The notes: a model not told the origin generated them from the sequence alone. A stretch of 64,000 nt of DNA from a bacterium BMS3Abin08 (GCA_002897935.1 BDTA01000096.1:9679-73678); one strand, 5' to 3'. Positions 18,265 to 26,727 are shown, numbered from the stretch's first letter. Translations and numbers: made by a program.

Positions 18265-18429
18265 ATGAAGAAAAGAAAGTGGTCAAAGCCGGAATGTCAG
18301 AGGGTGAAACTGGTTCCGGAGGAAGCAGTTTTATGGGGGTGTAAGATAGTTTCAGGTCCAATAGCAAGGCTTGGTTGGGGTGGAAGCTGTGTGGTCATAT
18401 TTGGTAGTTGCGTCACTACTCAAAGTTAA
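18265..18429 (+). CDS. Candidate RiPP precursor peptide (54 aa): MKKRKWSKPECQRVKLVPEEAVLWGCKIVSGPIARLGWGGSCVVIFGSCVTTQS
   Basis: GGAG (18253-18256) lies 8 nt upstream of the ATG. Charged leader-like N-terminus and a Gly/Cys-rich C-terminus. Positioned immediately upstream of the PqqD-like and rSAM/SPASM genes. Confidence 0.65.
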   Translation: MKKRKWSKPECQRVKLVPEEAVLWGCKIVSGPIARLGWGGSCVVIFGSCVTTQS

Positions 18430-18498
18430 ATAATCTCTGGACGAATTAGACACTGAAGTTCAACCGATGACAAGTTTTACATTTTTCCCTATTATTAA

Positions 18499-18646
18499 CC
18501 TTGACAGTCTCGTAAAAAATCAGAAATACCCTATTCTGTCATTCTGAATCCCGAATCAAGTTCGGGAAATCTATATAAATCAAGAAGTTATGAGACCCTG
18601 AAACAAGTTCAGGGTGACAATCAGGCTTTTTACGAGTGCATCAAGG
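18499..18646. mobile_element. 148-bp MITE-like element, 'CTTGATG..CTCGTAAAAA' TIR family, copy 1
   Basis: TIRs: CCTTGACAGTCTCGTAAAAA and TTTTTACGAGTGCATCAAGG (16 of 20 complementary). The interior has two hairpins (CCCGAA-tcaag-TTCGGG; ACCCTGAA-acaag-TTCAGGGT). Confidence 0.7.
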
Positions 18647-18657
18647 TTGGCTTTAAG

Positions 18658-18984
18658 ATGTTTTTTATGGAATTTAACATGACTGTCTCAATGGATGGTA
18701 TTCCTATACGGAACGAAAATATTATCTCCAGAAAGATAGAGGACGAGTATATCCTCGTTCCCATGCTTGCATCATCGGATGAGGTGGAACAGATCTTTAA
18801 TCTCAATCAGGTAGGGGCGGATGTATGGGAGAGGATAGACGGGAAGAAAACAGTAAAGGATATTGTTGAAGCGCTTGTCATGGAGTATGAGGGGGAACCC
18901 GAAGAGATAGAGGGTGACGTTATTGAGTTCCTTAATGATATCCTTGATGCCGGGATCATTGAACTGAGTGATGAGGGAAGTTGA
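18658..18984 (+). CDS. PqqD-family protein (RiPP recognition element-like)
   Basis: 'ISRKIEDEYILVPM...IFNLNQVGADVWERIDGKKTVKDIVEALVMEY...DVIEFLNDILDAGIIE' fits the PqqD pattern. The start is uncertain (ATGs at 18658, 18670 and 18682). Confidence 0.8.
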   Translation: MFFMEFNMTVSMDGIPIRNENIISRKIEDEYILVPMLASSDEVEQIFNLNQVGADVWERIDGKKTVKDIVEALVMEYEGEPEEIEGDVIEFLNDILDAGIIELSDEGS

Positions 18985-20077
18985 TTATCAGGATTTCAGC
19001 CTGAAACTCCACAACAAGGCCTCCGGAGAAAAGAATAGGATCCCTGTAAACGCTACCCTCGAGTTGACCTACCGTTGTACAAACAGGTGTGTCCACTGCT
19101 TCTGTAACCTCCCCGCAGGTGACGGGGAGGCGGAGAAAAACGAATTAACCATTGATGAGATCGAGGGGCTTTTTGACGACCTCCAGCGGATGGGCTGTCT
19201 CTGGCTCCTGATTACCGGCGGCGATCCCCTTGTCCGTAAAGACTTCAGGGATATTTATCTTTCGGCCAAACGCCATGGGTTTATTACGAGTGTATTTACA
19301 AACGGCGTGATCATCGACGACGCTATTGCCGACCTCTTCCATAAATACCCGCCTTTTACCGTTGAGATCACCATGTACGGTGCAACCGCAGGGACCTATG
19401 AAGAGGTTACACGTGTAAGCGGCAGTTACGAGAGATACCGGCAGGGGTTGATGCGGCTTGTCGACAGGGGGGTGAAGTTGAAGTTGAAGACCATGGCGCT
19501 CACGATCAACCGGCACGAGATGCACGAACTCGAAAGGATCGCCGGAGAACTGAACTGTCATTTCAGGTTTGATCCGCTCCTGCATAAGCGTATCGATGAG
19601 AATGATTATTCCGATCCCGTGAGATACAGGATATCACCGGAGGATGTGGTGAGGCTTGATATGGAGTTTCCCGAGAGGATGGAGGCCCACGAGGAGTTCT
19701 GTGAGAGGATGGTGGGGGAACCGGTAAGGAGCGATAAACTCATTACCTGTGGAGCTGGCAGGTCTTCACTGCATATAATGCCTGACGGGACCGTACTGCC
19801 CTGTTCCATGCTGATTAACAGGGGTTTTCCCTTGAGGTTGCATCCACTGGATGAGATATGGTTTAGTTTGATGCCAACAGTCCTTGCAGAGAGGAGGGAT
19901 TTTCACTTAAACTGCGAGGACTGCGGACTCCGGAACCTGTGCGGGCAGTGTCCGGGATGGAGCTACATAGAGCACGGGAGGGTTGATCTGGAGGTGCCGT
20001 ATCTTTGCAGGATCGCACATAAGAGGGCGGAGTCCTTTCCATTTTTAGACGAGAAAAAGCAGGGTCGAATCAAATGA
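18971..20077 (+). CDS. Radical SAM enzyme with C-terminal SPASM-like auxiliary-cluster domain
   Basis: 'LELTYRCTNRCVHCF' (CxxxCxxC), 'LLITGGDPL', and C-terminal 'CGAGRSSLHIMPDGTVLPC' + 'CEDCGLRNLCGQCPG'. Overlaps the PqqD-like gene by 14 nt. Confidence 0.85.
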   Translation: MREVDYQDFSLKLHNKASGEKNRIPVNATLELTYRCTNRCVHCFCNLPAGDGEAEKNELTIDEIEGLFDDLQRMGCLWLLITGGDPLVRKDFRDIYLSAKRHGFITSVFTNGVIIDDAIADLFHKYPPFTVEITMYGATAGTYEEVTRVSGSYERYRQGLMRLVDRGVKLKLKTMALTINRHEMHELERIAGELNCHFRFDPLLHKRIDENDYSDPVRYRISPEDVVRLDMEFPERMEAHEEFCERMVGEPVRSDKLITCGAGRSSLHIMPDGTVLPCSMLINRGFPLRLHPLDEIWFSLMPTVLAERRDFHLNCEDCGLRNLCGQCPGWSYIEHGRVDLEVPYLCRIAHKRAESFPFLDEKKQGRIK

Positions 20078-20103
20078 CCGGGTTCTGTTAAGTCCGGTAA
20101 TTG

Positions 20104-20982
20104 TCATCCCAGACCTTTCACGTATTCAATCACTGACTCATCGGGTATGAATTCAAGTTCATAACAGTCTATACCACCGGCTATCCTGATGCAGAAATCC
20201 ACCGTAAAGTCCATGCCCTCCCTGTTCCAGAAGGTTGGAAAACACCTGACCATCAGCCTGTTGGCTGCATCCGTCGTTGAGATCGGCCTTGCCCTGTTGC
20301 ATTTTCCGTGTTTAATAAAGAAGATCTTATCTGCTGGTGCATCGGCATTCCTGTGGATTTGAGCGGTTCCATGCCATGGTGTGCCGTATGCCCGGAGTTT
20401 TCCGTCGACCTCCCGTATTATCACGCGTTCATCCGTCAGCACATCCGTTTCACCGTCCTTCCGCCAGATCTCCGAGAGGGTTGATTTCCCTGATCCCGAG
20501 ACCCCGGAGAAGAGATACCCCTGTCCATTGAAGGAGATACATGCGGAGTGAAGTATGATGCCGATTCCGTTGAGGTTCAGGTGTCCTGAGACCGCAAGTT
20601 CGTCAAGTGGGTATTCAAGTGGTGCGACCCTGCCGCTTGTGTTGGGTCTGTGATGAATCAGGAACCGCGAGAATCTTTTGTCTGTCTGAACGGTCTTGTA
20701 AGGCCTTTCGTCCCTTTCCATGTTCTGGAGGGAGATTATGTAGCCGTTTTTATCCGGAGACCCGAGTATGGTCCAGAGACCGCCCGGGGCGGTGGTGAAT
20801 ATTCTTTTGCAGGCCGTGATGTCCGGAAATGGCGACGTTACATTTAGATCAAATACCATGTCCGGAGAGTCGACGGGTTCCGATGTGAAGTTATACAGAG
20901 CAGGATCGAGGACGATATCAAGCGCCGGGTCGTGATTGAGCACAATGCTGATTTTGCCGATACTAAAGAACTGTCTTTTCAT
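20104..20982 (-). CDS. HPr-kinase-like P-loop protein (HprK-related kinase family)
   Basis: 'LHSACISFNGQGYLFSGVSGSGKSTLS', 'LTDERVIIR', 'YGTPWHG'. 292 aa. Convergent with the rSAM gene (26-nt gap). Confidence 0.7.
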   Translation of the reverse strand: MKRQFFSIGKISIVLNHDPALDIVLDPALYNFTSEPVDSPDMVFDLNVTSPFPDITACKRIFTTAPGGLWTILGSPDKNGYIISLQNMERDERPYKTVQTDKRFSRFLIHHRPNTSGRVAPLEYPLDELAVSGHLNLNGIGIILHSACISFNGQGYLFSGVSGSGKSTLSEIWRKDGETDVLTDERVIIREVDGKLRAYGTPWHGTAQIHRNADAPADKIFFIKHGKCNRARPISTTDAANRLMVRCFPTFWNREGMDFTVDFCIRIAGGIDCYELEFIPDESVIEYVKGLG

Positions 20983-21077
20983 AGGGTTTCTTTGCCGTCC
21001 TTTTTTATATTATAAGCACCGTTTTTTCCGTTACAGGAGTTCCCCCAATTTTTTAAGCCATATTCTTCTTTCAAAAA

Positions 21078-21185
21078 GCACCCATATTACCTCCCCCTTT
21101 GGAAAAGGGGGATTGAGGGGGATTTTATGGTAAAACTTCATTCAAAATAATCTCCCCTGTCCCCTCTTTGCTAAAGAGGGGGAAC
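21078..21185. repeat. G/C-tract hairpin repeats (CCTCCCCCTTTGGAAAAGGGGGATTGAGGGGGATTTT; CTCCCCTGTCCCCTCTTTGCTAAAGAGGGGGAAC)
   Basis: A related copy occurs at 46112-46150 (CCCCCCCCTGTCTCCCTTTGCCAAGAGGGGGG). Translates to the spurious 'PFGKGGLRGI' peptide. Confidence 0.55.
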
Positions 21186-22979
21186 TCCTTTTTCCGTCAC
21201 TCTTCCTTTTTCTATCATAAAAACCCGGTCCGCCAAATCGAGCAAGGGCCGCCTGTGTGAGATAATAATCGTCGTCCTGTTCTTAAAGAGATTCCCAAGT
21301 GTTTCCTTGAGGCCCTTCTCGGTTTTTTCATCGAGAGCCGAGGTGGGTTCATCAAAAATGAGAACAGGTGGGTTTTTCAGAAATGTCCTTGCAATGGATA
21401 TTCTCTGTCTCTGGCCGGAAGAGAGAGTTACCCCTCTTTCCCCTACCAGCGTGTCATACCCCTCTGTCAGCTGCATGATCTCTTCATGGATCAGGGCGTT
21501 CCTCGCCGCCTCTTCGATCTCTTTTTCTTTAGCCCCGGGGTTTCCATAACGGATGTTGTTTTTGATGGAATCGTTGAAGAGAAAAACATCCTGTGAAACG
21601 ATGCCTGTCTGTTGCCTGAGCCGGAAGGGATCGAGTTCTGTTATATCCAGGCCGTCAATCGAGATCTTTCCGGAAGACGGGAGGTAGAACTTGAGGAGGA
21701 GGTTGACGATGGTGGTCTTGCCTGCACCGCTTGGTCCGGTCAGGGCCACGGTTTCTCCGGGCTTTATATGGAGGTTTATCCTGTTTAAGACGGGTGCCTC
21801 GTTTCCATAGGCGAAGGATACGTCCTCAAAGACAATATCTCCGTTAATCCTTCCCGGTTTTTTGAGTCCGGCCCTTTCCTCCCGGCTTACTTCCGGGACT
21901 ATCCGGAAAAGCTCGACGATCCTGTCCATCGAGGCATACATCGGCTGCAGCATGATATGGATCATTGAGAGTGAATTGACCGAGCCGGAGAGGTAAACTA
22001 TGTAAGAGGTGAAGGCAACATAGTCCCCCACTGTCATTCTCCCTCTGAGAATCTCACGGGCGCCGAACCACATGATCATCACGGTTGTCAGCAACTGTAC
22101 GGCCCTGGCCGAATAGTTTGAGAGGAGTGAGAGCGCTGTTCCGGCGATTCGTGTGTTGATTGCATTTCTTAGTTTTCCCGATACCCTGTTCAATTCACGG
22201 TCTTCCGTCACATGGGTCTTTATAACCTCGACGCCTGAGATTATTTCCTGGAGGTTTTCCGAGACCTCTGCGCGTGCCTCTTTTTCCGAGTAACTGACGC
22301 TGCGGATTTTGCCGGCAAAGAAGAGGTTGATGATGACATAGAAGGGGAGTATGGAGATTATGATCAGACCCATTTTCAGGTTCAGCATAACGAGGATCGA
22401 GATACCGAAGATTAGATAGAACAGCTTTGTGATAATCTGGGAAATACCCTCTGTAAAGAGATATTGAAGGGCATTGACATCGTCGGTCACACGGGACATG
22501 AGGTAACCCGTCTGCTTTTTCCGGAAGAGGGTGATGGGGAAACGGAGGAGGCGTTCAAAGAGGGATGTCTGGAGGTTGAAGGTGAGTTCCTGCTGGAAAC
22601 GGAGCATGAGGTACTTCTGTATAAGGCCGATCAGGCCCATAAGGACGCCGATTACGATGATTGAAAGCACCACGAGGTTGAGTGATTCAAGGAAGTTTTT
22701 CAGTGACGGGAATAGGAATTCCATGTTGAGACGGCTAAGAAGTCTTTCAAGTCTGTCAAACCCCTTTTTCATTACAACAAAATCAATAAGGATCTTGGAA
22801 CTGAGGGGAAGTAACGACCCCAGGGCTGTGATAATGATTGTGAGGATAAAGCTGAGTACCCCGAGTTTCCAGAGAGGCTTTACAAAGGGAAAGAAAAAGG
22901 AGATATCCTTTAGCCTGAACCGTCCGGATGACTGGGCAGAGAGTCCGGAAAGGCTGATGCTTTCCCTCCTTTTGGGCAT
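21171..22979 (-). CDS. ABC exporter, fused permease/ATPase (MsbA-like), no N-terminal peptidase domain
   Basis: Six-TM N-terminal half. Walker A 'GPSGAGKTT', signature 'LSSGQRQR', Walker B 'LIFDEPTSALD'. The first TM begins about 35 residues from the start. Confidence 0.9.
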   Translation of the reverse strand: MPKRRESISLSGLSAQSSGRFRLKDISFFFPFVKPLWKLGVLSFILTIIITALGSLLPLSSKILIDFVVMKKGFDRLERLLSRLNMEFLFPSLKNFLESLNLVVLSIIVIGVLMGLIGLIQKYLMLRFQQELTFNLQTSLFERLLRFPITLFRKKQTGYLMSRVTDDVNALQYLFTEGISQIITKLFYLIFGISILVMLNLKMGLIIISILPFYVIINLFFAGKIRSVSYSEKEARAEVSENLQEIISGVEVIKTHVTEDRELNRVSGKLRNAINTRIAGTALSLLSNYSARAVQLLTTVMIMWFGAREILRGRMTVGDYVAFTSYIVYLSGSVNSLSMIHIMLQPMYASMDRIVELFRIVPEVSREERAGLKKPGRINGDIVFEDVSFAYGNEAPVLNRINLHIKPGETVALTGPSGAGKTTIVNLLLKFYLPSSGKISIDGLDITELDPFRLRQQTGIVSQDVFLFNDSIKNNIRYGNPGAKEKEIEEAARNALIHEEIMQLTEGYDTLVGERGVTLSSGQRQRISIARTFLKNPPVLIFDEPTSALDEKTEKGLKETLGNLFKNRTTIIISHRRPLLDLADRVFMIEKGRVTEKGVPPL

Positions 22980-23125
22980 AATCAAATATACAATTAGATG
23001 GTTTTATATAGCAAGTGTCCGTATTTGATTGGTTATCAGGCAATAAAACAACCCGTAGCGCGGGTATTAAAAGAAAAAACCTCAGAATTCAGGTTGGTTC
23101 AGGCCGGAAGAGTCCTGAAAGAGAG

Positions 23126-23155
23126 TTGCATAAATAATATTTATGCATTTATAAT
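23126..23155 (+). promoter_or_regulatory. Promoter-like TTGCAT-18 nt-TATAAT overlapping a perfect 10-1-10 palindrome TGCATAAATA-A-TATTTATGCA (23127-23147)
   Basis: TATAAT (23150-23155) ends 6 nt before the sdhA GTG (23162). The palindrome was verified by reverse-complementing the sequence. Confidence 0.4.
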
Positions 23156-23161
23156 TGCAAG

Positions 23162-24886
23162 GTGGAGCACAGCTTTGACACGGTTATTATAGGCTCGGGC
23201 CTTGCGGGCCTGAGGGCTGCGATAGAGGCATCAACGCGGGGCTCTGTTGCGGTTCTGACCAAGCTCTATCCCACGCGTTCCCACTCGACCGCAGCACAGG
23301 GGGGTATAGGTGCAGCCCTTGGAAATGAGGAGCCCGACTCACCGGAATGGCATTTCTACGATACAACAAAGGGTGGCGACTTCCTCGGTGACCAGGACGC
23401 CATCGAGGTTATGTGTGAGGATGCGATACGTACGGTTATAGAGCTTGAACACCTCGGCGTTCCCTTTTCAAGGACCGCTGAAGGCAAGATAGCCCAGCGC
23501 AGGTTCGGCGGGCATACCAGGGACTTCGGCGCTGCCCCTGTCAGGAGGGCATGTTACTCTGCAGACAGGACCGGTCATGCCATACTCTTTGCCCTCTATG
23601 AACAGAACGAACTCCTGGGAGTGAGTTTCTTCCCCGAGTTTCACGTTCTTGATATTGTAATAGAAGGGGGAAGGTGTCACGGGGTCATAGCCCTCCAGAT
23701 AAGGACGGGTGAGATTCACCAGTTCAATGCAAGGGCAACACTGATTGCATCAGGGGGCTATGGGAAGGTTTTCAAGACCACATCCAACGCCCATGCAAGC
23801 ACCGGCGACTGTCTGGGGATCCTCTTCAACCGTGGGGTGCCTCTCGAGGATATGGAGTTTTTTCAGTTTCATCCCACAGGGCTTTACCGCCTCGGTATCC
23901 TTATTACGGAAGGTGCAAGGGGTGAGGGGGGGATACTGCTCAATGGAGAGGGTGAGCGTTTTATGGAACGGTACGCCCCGACAATCAAGGACCTCGCTCC
24001 GAGGGATATGGTCTCCAGGGCTATTATGACGGAGATCAGGGAGGGGAGGGGGATCGGCGGGAAGGATTTTGTGAATCTTGATCTGACCCGTGTTCCGAAG
24101 AAGGTCATTCAGCAGAGGCTTCCGGAGATCTCTGCTTTCTGCCGTATCTACATGGGGATAGAGCCCTCTGAGGAGCCCATACCCGTACTGCCTACAGCAC
24201 ATTATGCAATGGGAGGTATTCCGACGGATATCGACGGCAGGGTACTGCAGGACGAGGCCGGACATGTTATCAGAGGTCTTTTCTCTGCCGGCGAGTCTGC
24301 CTGCGTTTCCGTTCATGGCGCTAACAGGCTTGGCTGTAACTCCCTCCTTGATACGGTTGTCTTCGGACGCAGGGCAGGCATGGCAATCGGCAGTGAACTG
24401 CAGGATCTGGATATGGGGAGTATGTCACAACCGGTTGTTGACGGAGTCAGGGAGGAGATTGACCGGTTGTTGTCAGGTGCCGGTGTGGAGGATATGGGTG
24501 AGGTAAGAATGGACCTTCAGTCAAAAATGATGGACCGGTGTTCCGTCTTCAGAAATGAGGATGATCTCAAGGGCCTCGTCGATGAGCTAAGAGAGATTCA
24601 GGAGCGGACCCTTAGGGTTGCGGTCAAGGACAGGGGAAGGGTTTTTAATACCGACCTGCTGGGGGCATTGGAGTTAAGGCACCTGGTAACCCTTGCCGGG
24701 GTGATGGCAGGGTCCGCACTTCAGCGGACCGAGAGCAGGGGTGCGCATTATCGCGAGGATTTCCCGGACAGGGATGATAAGAACTGGCTCAAACATACCC
24801 TCGCTTTCAAGAGGGACGGGGGGATTGAGTTCCGGTATAAACCGGTTGTAATTTCAAGGTTTCAGCCTGAGGAGAGGAAGTATTAA
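23162..24886 (+). CDS. sdhA: Succinate dehydrogenase/fumarate reductase flavoprotein subunit
   Basis: '[16 protein letters not shown]', FAD-His region '[11 protein letters not shown]', 'HPTG', 'RGEGG', '[10 protein letters not shown]'. Confidence 0.92.
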   Translation: MEHSFDTVIIGSGLAGLRAAIEASTRGSVAVLTKLYPTRSHSTAAQGGIGAALGNEEPDSPEWHFYDTTKGGDFLGDQDAIEVMCEDAIRTVIELEHLGVPFSRTAEGKIAQRRFGGHTRDFGAAPVRRACYSADRTGHAILFALYEQNELLGVSFFPEFHVLDIVIEGGRCHGVIALQIRTGEIHQFNARATLIASGGYGKVFKTTSNAHASTGDCLGILFNRGVPLEDMEFFQFHPTGLYRLGILITEGARGEGGILLNGEGERFMERYAPTIKDLAPRDMVSRAIMTEIREGRGIGGKDFVNLDLTRVPKKVIQQRLPEISAFCRIYMGIEPSEEPIPVLPTAHYAMGGIPTDIDGRVLQDEAGHVIRGLFSAGESACVSVHGANRLGCNSLLDTVVFGRRAGMAIGSELQDLDMGSMSQPVVDGVREEIDRLLSGAGVEDMGEVRMDLQSKMMDRCSVFRNEDDLKGLVDELREIQERTLRVAVKDRGRVFNTDLLGALELRHLVTLAGVMAGSALQRTESRGAHYREDFPDRDDKNWLKHTLAFKRDGGIEFRYKPVVISRFQPEERKY

Positions 24887-24971
24887 ACTTAATTCCGAAT
24901 CCATCCCCCCCCTTGCCGGTGGAGGTATGATTGAGTTTTAGCCATTTTTTACCGCCGGAGTCGAGGCTGAC

Positions 24972-25685
24972 ATGAAAACGTATATTCTGAAAATCAGGCG
25001 TTTTGACCCTGAAAGGGATGCCGGGCCCCGTTGGGAGTCTTTTTCTGTTGATTTGGATCCCGGGGAGAGTCTTCTTGACGGTTTCATCAGGATCAAGGAG
25101 CAGCAGGACGGCACCCTCACATTCAGACGTTCCTGTGCCCATGGTATATGTGGCTCATGTGCCGTGAAGGTAAACGGGAAAAACCGCCTTGCCTGTCAGA
25201 GCCTGATGAAAGACCTGCCCGATACGGTTGAGATCGAGCCTCTCCATGCCCTTGACGTGATCAAGGACCTTGTTGTGGATATGGATCCCTTCTTTGAGAA
25301 GAACGAGAAGGTCCTGCCCTACCTGATAAACAACGAGCCGCTTCCCGGGAGGGAGAGACTCCAGAGTCCGGAGGATCAGGGGAAGATACTTCAGGCTATA
25401 ACATGCATCATGTGTGGATGCTGTACGTCTTCATGTCCGATCTTCTGGAATGACAGTGAGTACCTCGGTCCTTCAGCGCTTCTGAAGGCGGCACGGTTTA
25501 TCCTTGATACACGTGACAGGGCGGAGAAAGAGAGACTGCAAAGGATTCTGGGAAGAGACGGCTTATGGAGATGCCACTCCATATACAACTGTGTGGAGGT
25601 CTGTCCGAAGGAGATCGATATTACGGGACACCTGAGCGGACTCAAGAGGCTTGCCGTGAAAAAAAAGCTGTTCAGATCAAAATAG
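24972..25685 (+). CDS. sdhB: Succinate dehydrogenase/fumarate reductase iron-sulfur subunit
   Basis: Three Cys clusters: 'CAHGICGSCAV', 'CIMCGCCTSSCP', 'CHSIYNCVEVCP'. Confidence 0.92.
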   Translation: MKTYILKIRRFDPERDAGPRWESFSVDLDPGESLLDGFIRIKEQQDGTLTFRRSCAHGICGSCAVKVNGKNRLACQSLMKDLPDTVEIEPLHALDVIKDLVVDMDPFFEKNEKVLPYLINNEPLPGRERLQSPEDQGKILQAITCIMCGCCTSSCPIFWNDSEYLGPSALLKAARFILDTRDRAEKERLQRILGRDGLWRCHSIYNCVEVCPKEIDITGHLSGLKRLAVKKKLFRSK

Positions 25686-25750
25686 TTGTTGCCAAATCGG
25701 GGAGTATCCATTAGAATAGTAAATGCGTTCTTAAAAAATCCTGATTGTAA

Positions 25751-26404
25751 GGAGGTCCGGATGAGACGTTTATCGTTGATAATGGATGGTCTGCCTGGTG
25801 GGGTATCCCGCTCGGTGGGATTACAGCCTCGCTGATTGCCCTTCCTTTCGGTTGGATCTGTTTCAGACTGAGGGGCGCTTACTTTGCCCTCGCCACCCTT
25901 GCACTTAACGAGGTAATGCGCCATATTGCGACTATCTGGGAGGACTTGACCGACGGCATGGTCGGCATACTGATTATCCAGACGTTCATATCCAAGCTCC
26001 CCTATTACTATATAGCCCTGGGTCTTGCGGTATTGACAATAGTAACGGTAAGGCTTGTAATGCGCTCAAAACTCGGCTATTACTTCCTTTCAATACGTGA
26101 AGACCAGGATGCCGCTGAGAGCTTGGGTATAAACACCCATCATTACAAGATGATATCCCTTGTAATTGCAGCAGCCCTCTACATGAACTATATGGGTTTT
26201 ATCGATCCGCATGTAGTATTTTCTCTCCATGACATTTCGATTATGGCAATCCTTGTAGGCATAGTAGGTGGTGTGGGCACCCAGTACGGTCCGGCAGGGA
26301 CCTGCTTGGTAATGACCACGCAAAAACGGCGTACCTGGGTGTTTGAACCGATAAGCCGTCACTTTAAAATGGGGGTGTTGAAATGTTTGTATCGGACTGG
26401 ATGA
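25751..26404 (+). pseudogene. Remnant of a LivM/HAAT-family branched-chain amino-acid ABC permease (truncated at both ends)
   Basis: Open frame without a proper start. 'FRLRGAYFALATLALNEVMRHIA...LTDGMVGI', 'YYYIALGLAVL', 'LSIREDQDAAESLGINTHHYKMISLVIAAAL', 'GFIDPHVVFSLHDISIMAILVGIVGG' match the central part of LivM only. The C-terminus degenerates. Confidence 0.6.
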
Positions 26405-26727
26405 CAAAGCGTGTCTGTACCGTTTCTCCAGATGACGGTATTCCTGATGCAGCAAGGCTTGCAAAGGAAAAGGGTATCAAGCATCTTCCCGTTGTAAAGG
26501 CTGGAAGGTTAAAGGGGATTATTTCCGACCGGGATATAAAGGAGTATGTACCGTCAAAGGCGACATCACTGGATGTATATGAACTGCATTACCTCCTCGC
26601 AAAGACAAAGGTAAGGGCTATAATGAAGCGGAGGGTTGTGATCAGGACAAGGGGGAAAGGCAATTTCAGGGTTCTCAAGGCTGAACTGGAAGGCTCGTTC
26701 AGGGGAGTGAGGATTATAAAGGGGTAG
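26383..26727 (+). CDS. CBS-domain protein, possibly truncated or degenerate in its second CBS motif
   Basis: First CBS motif 'VSDWMTKRVCTVSPDDGIPDAARLAKEKGIKHLPVVKAGRLKGIISDRDI'. The second begins 'KVRAIMKRRVV' and then loses the pattern. Its stop is 2 nt before sdhC. Confidence 0.45.
   Translation: MFVSDWMTKRVCTVSPDDGIPDAARLAKEKGIKHLPVVKAGRLKGIISDRDIKEYVPSKATSLDVYELHYLLAKTKVRAIMKRRVVIRTRGKGNFRVLKAELEGSFRGVRIIKG

Noticed and set aside
20078-20103. The hairpin ACCGG-12 nt-CCGGT between the convergent rSAM and HprK-like genes as a terminator.
   Set aside because: It has only a 5-bp stem with a large loop and no U-tract, which is too weak to call.
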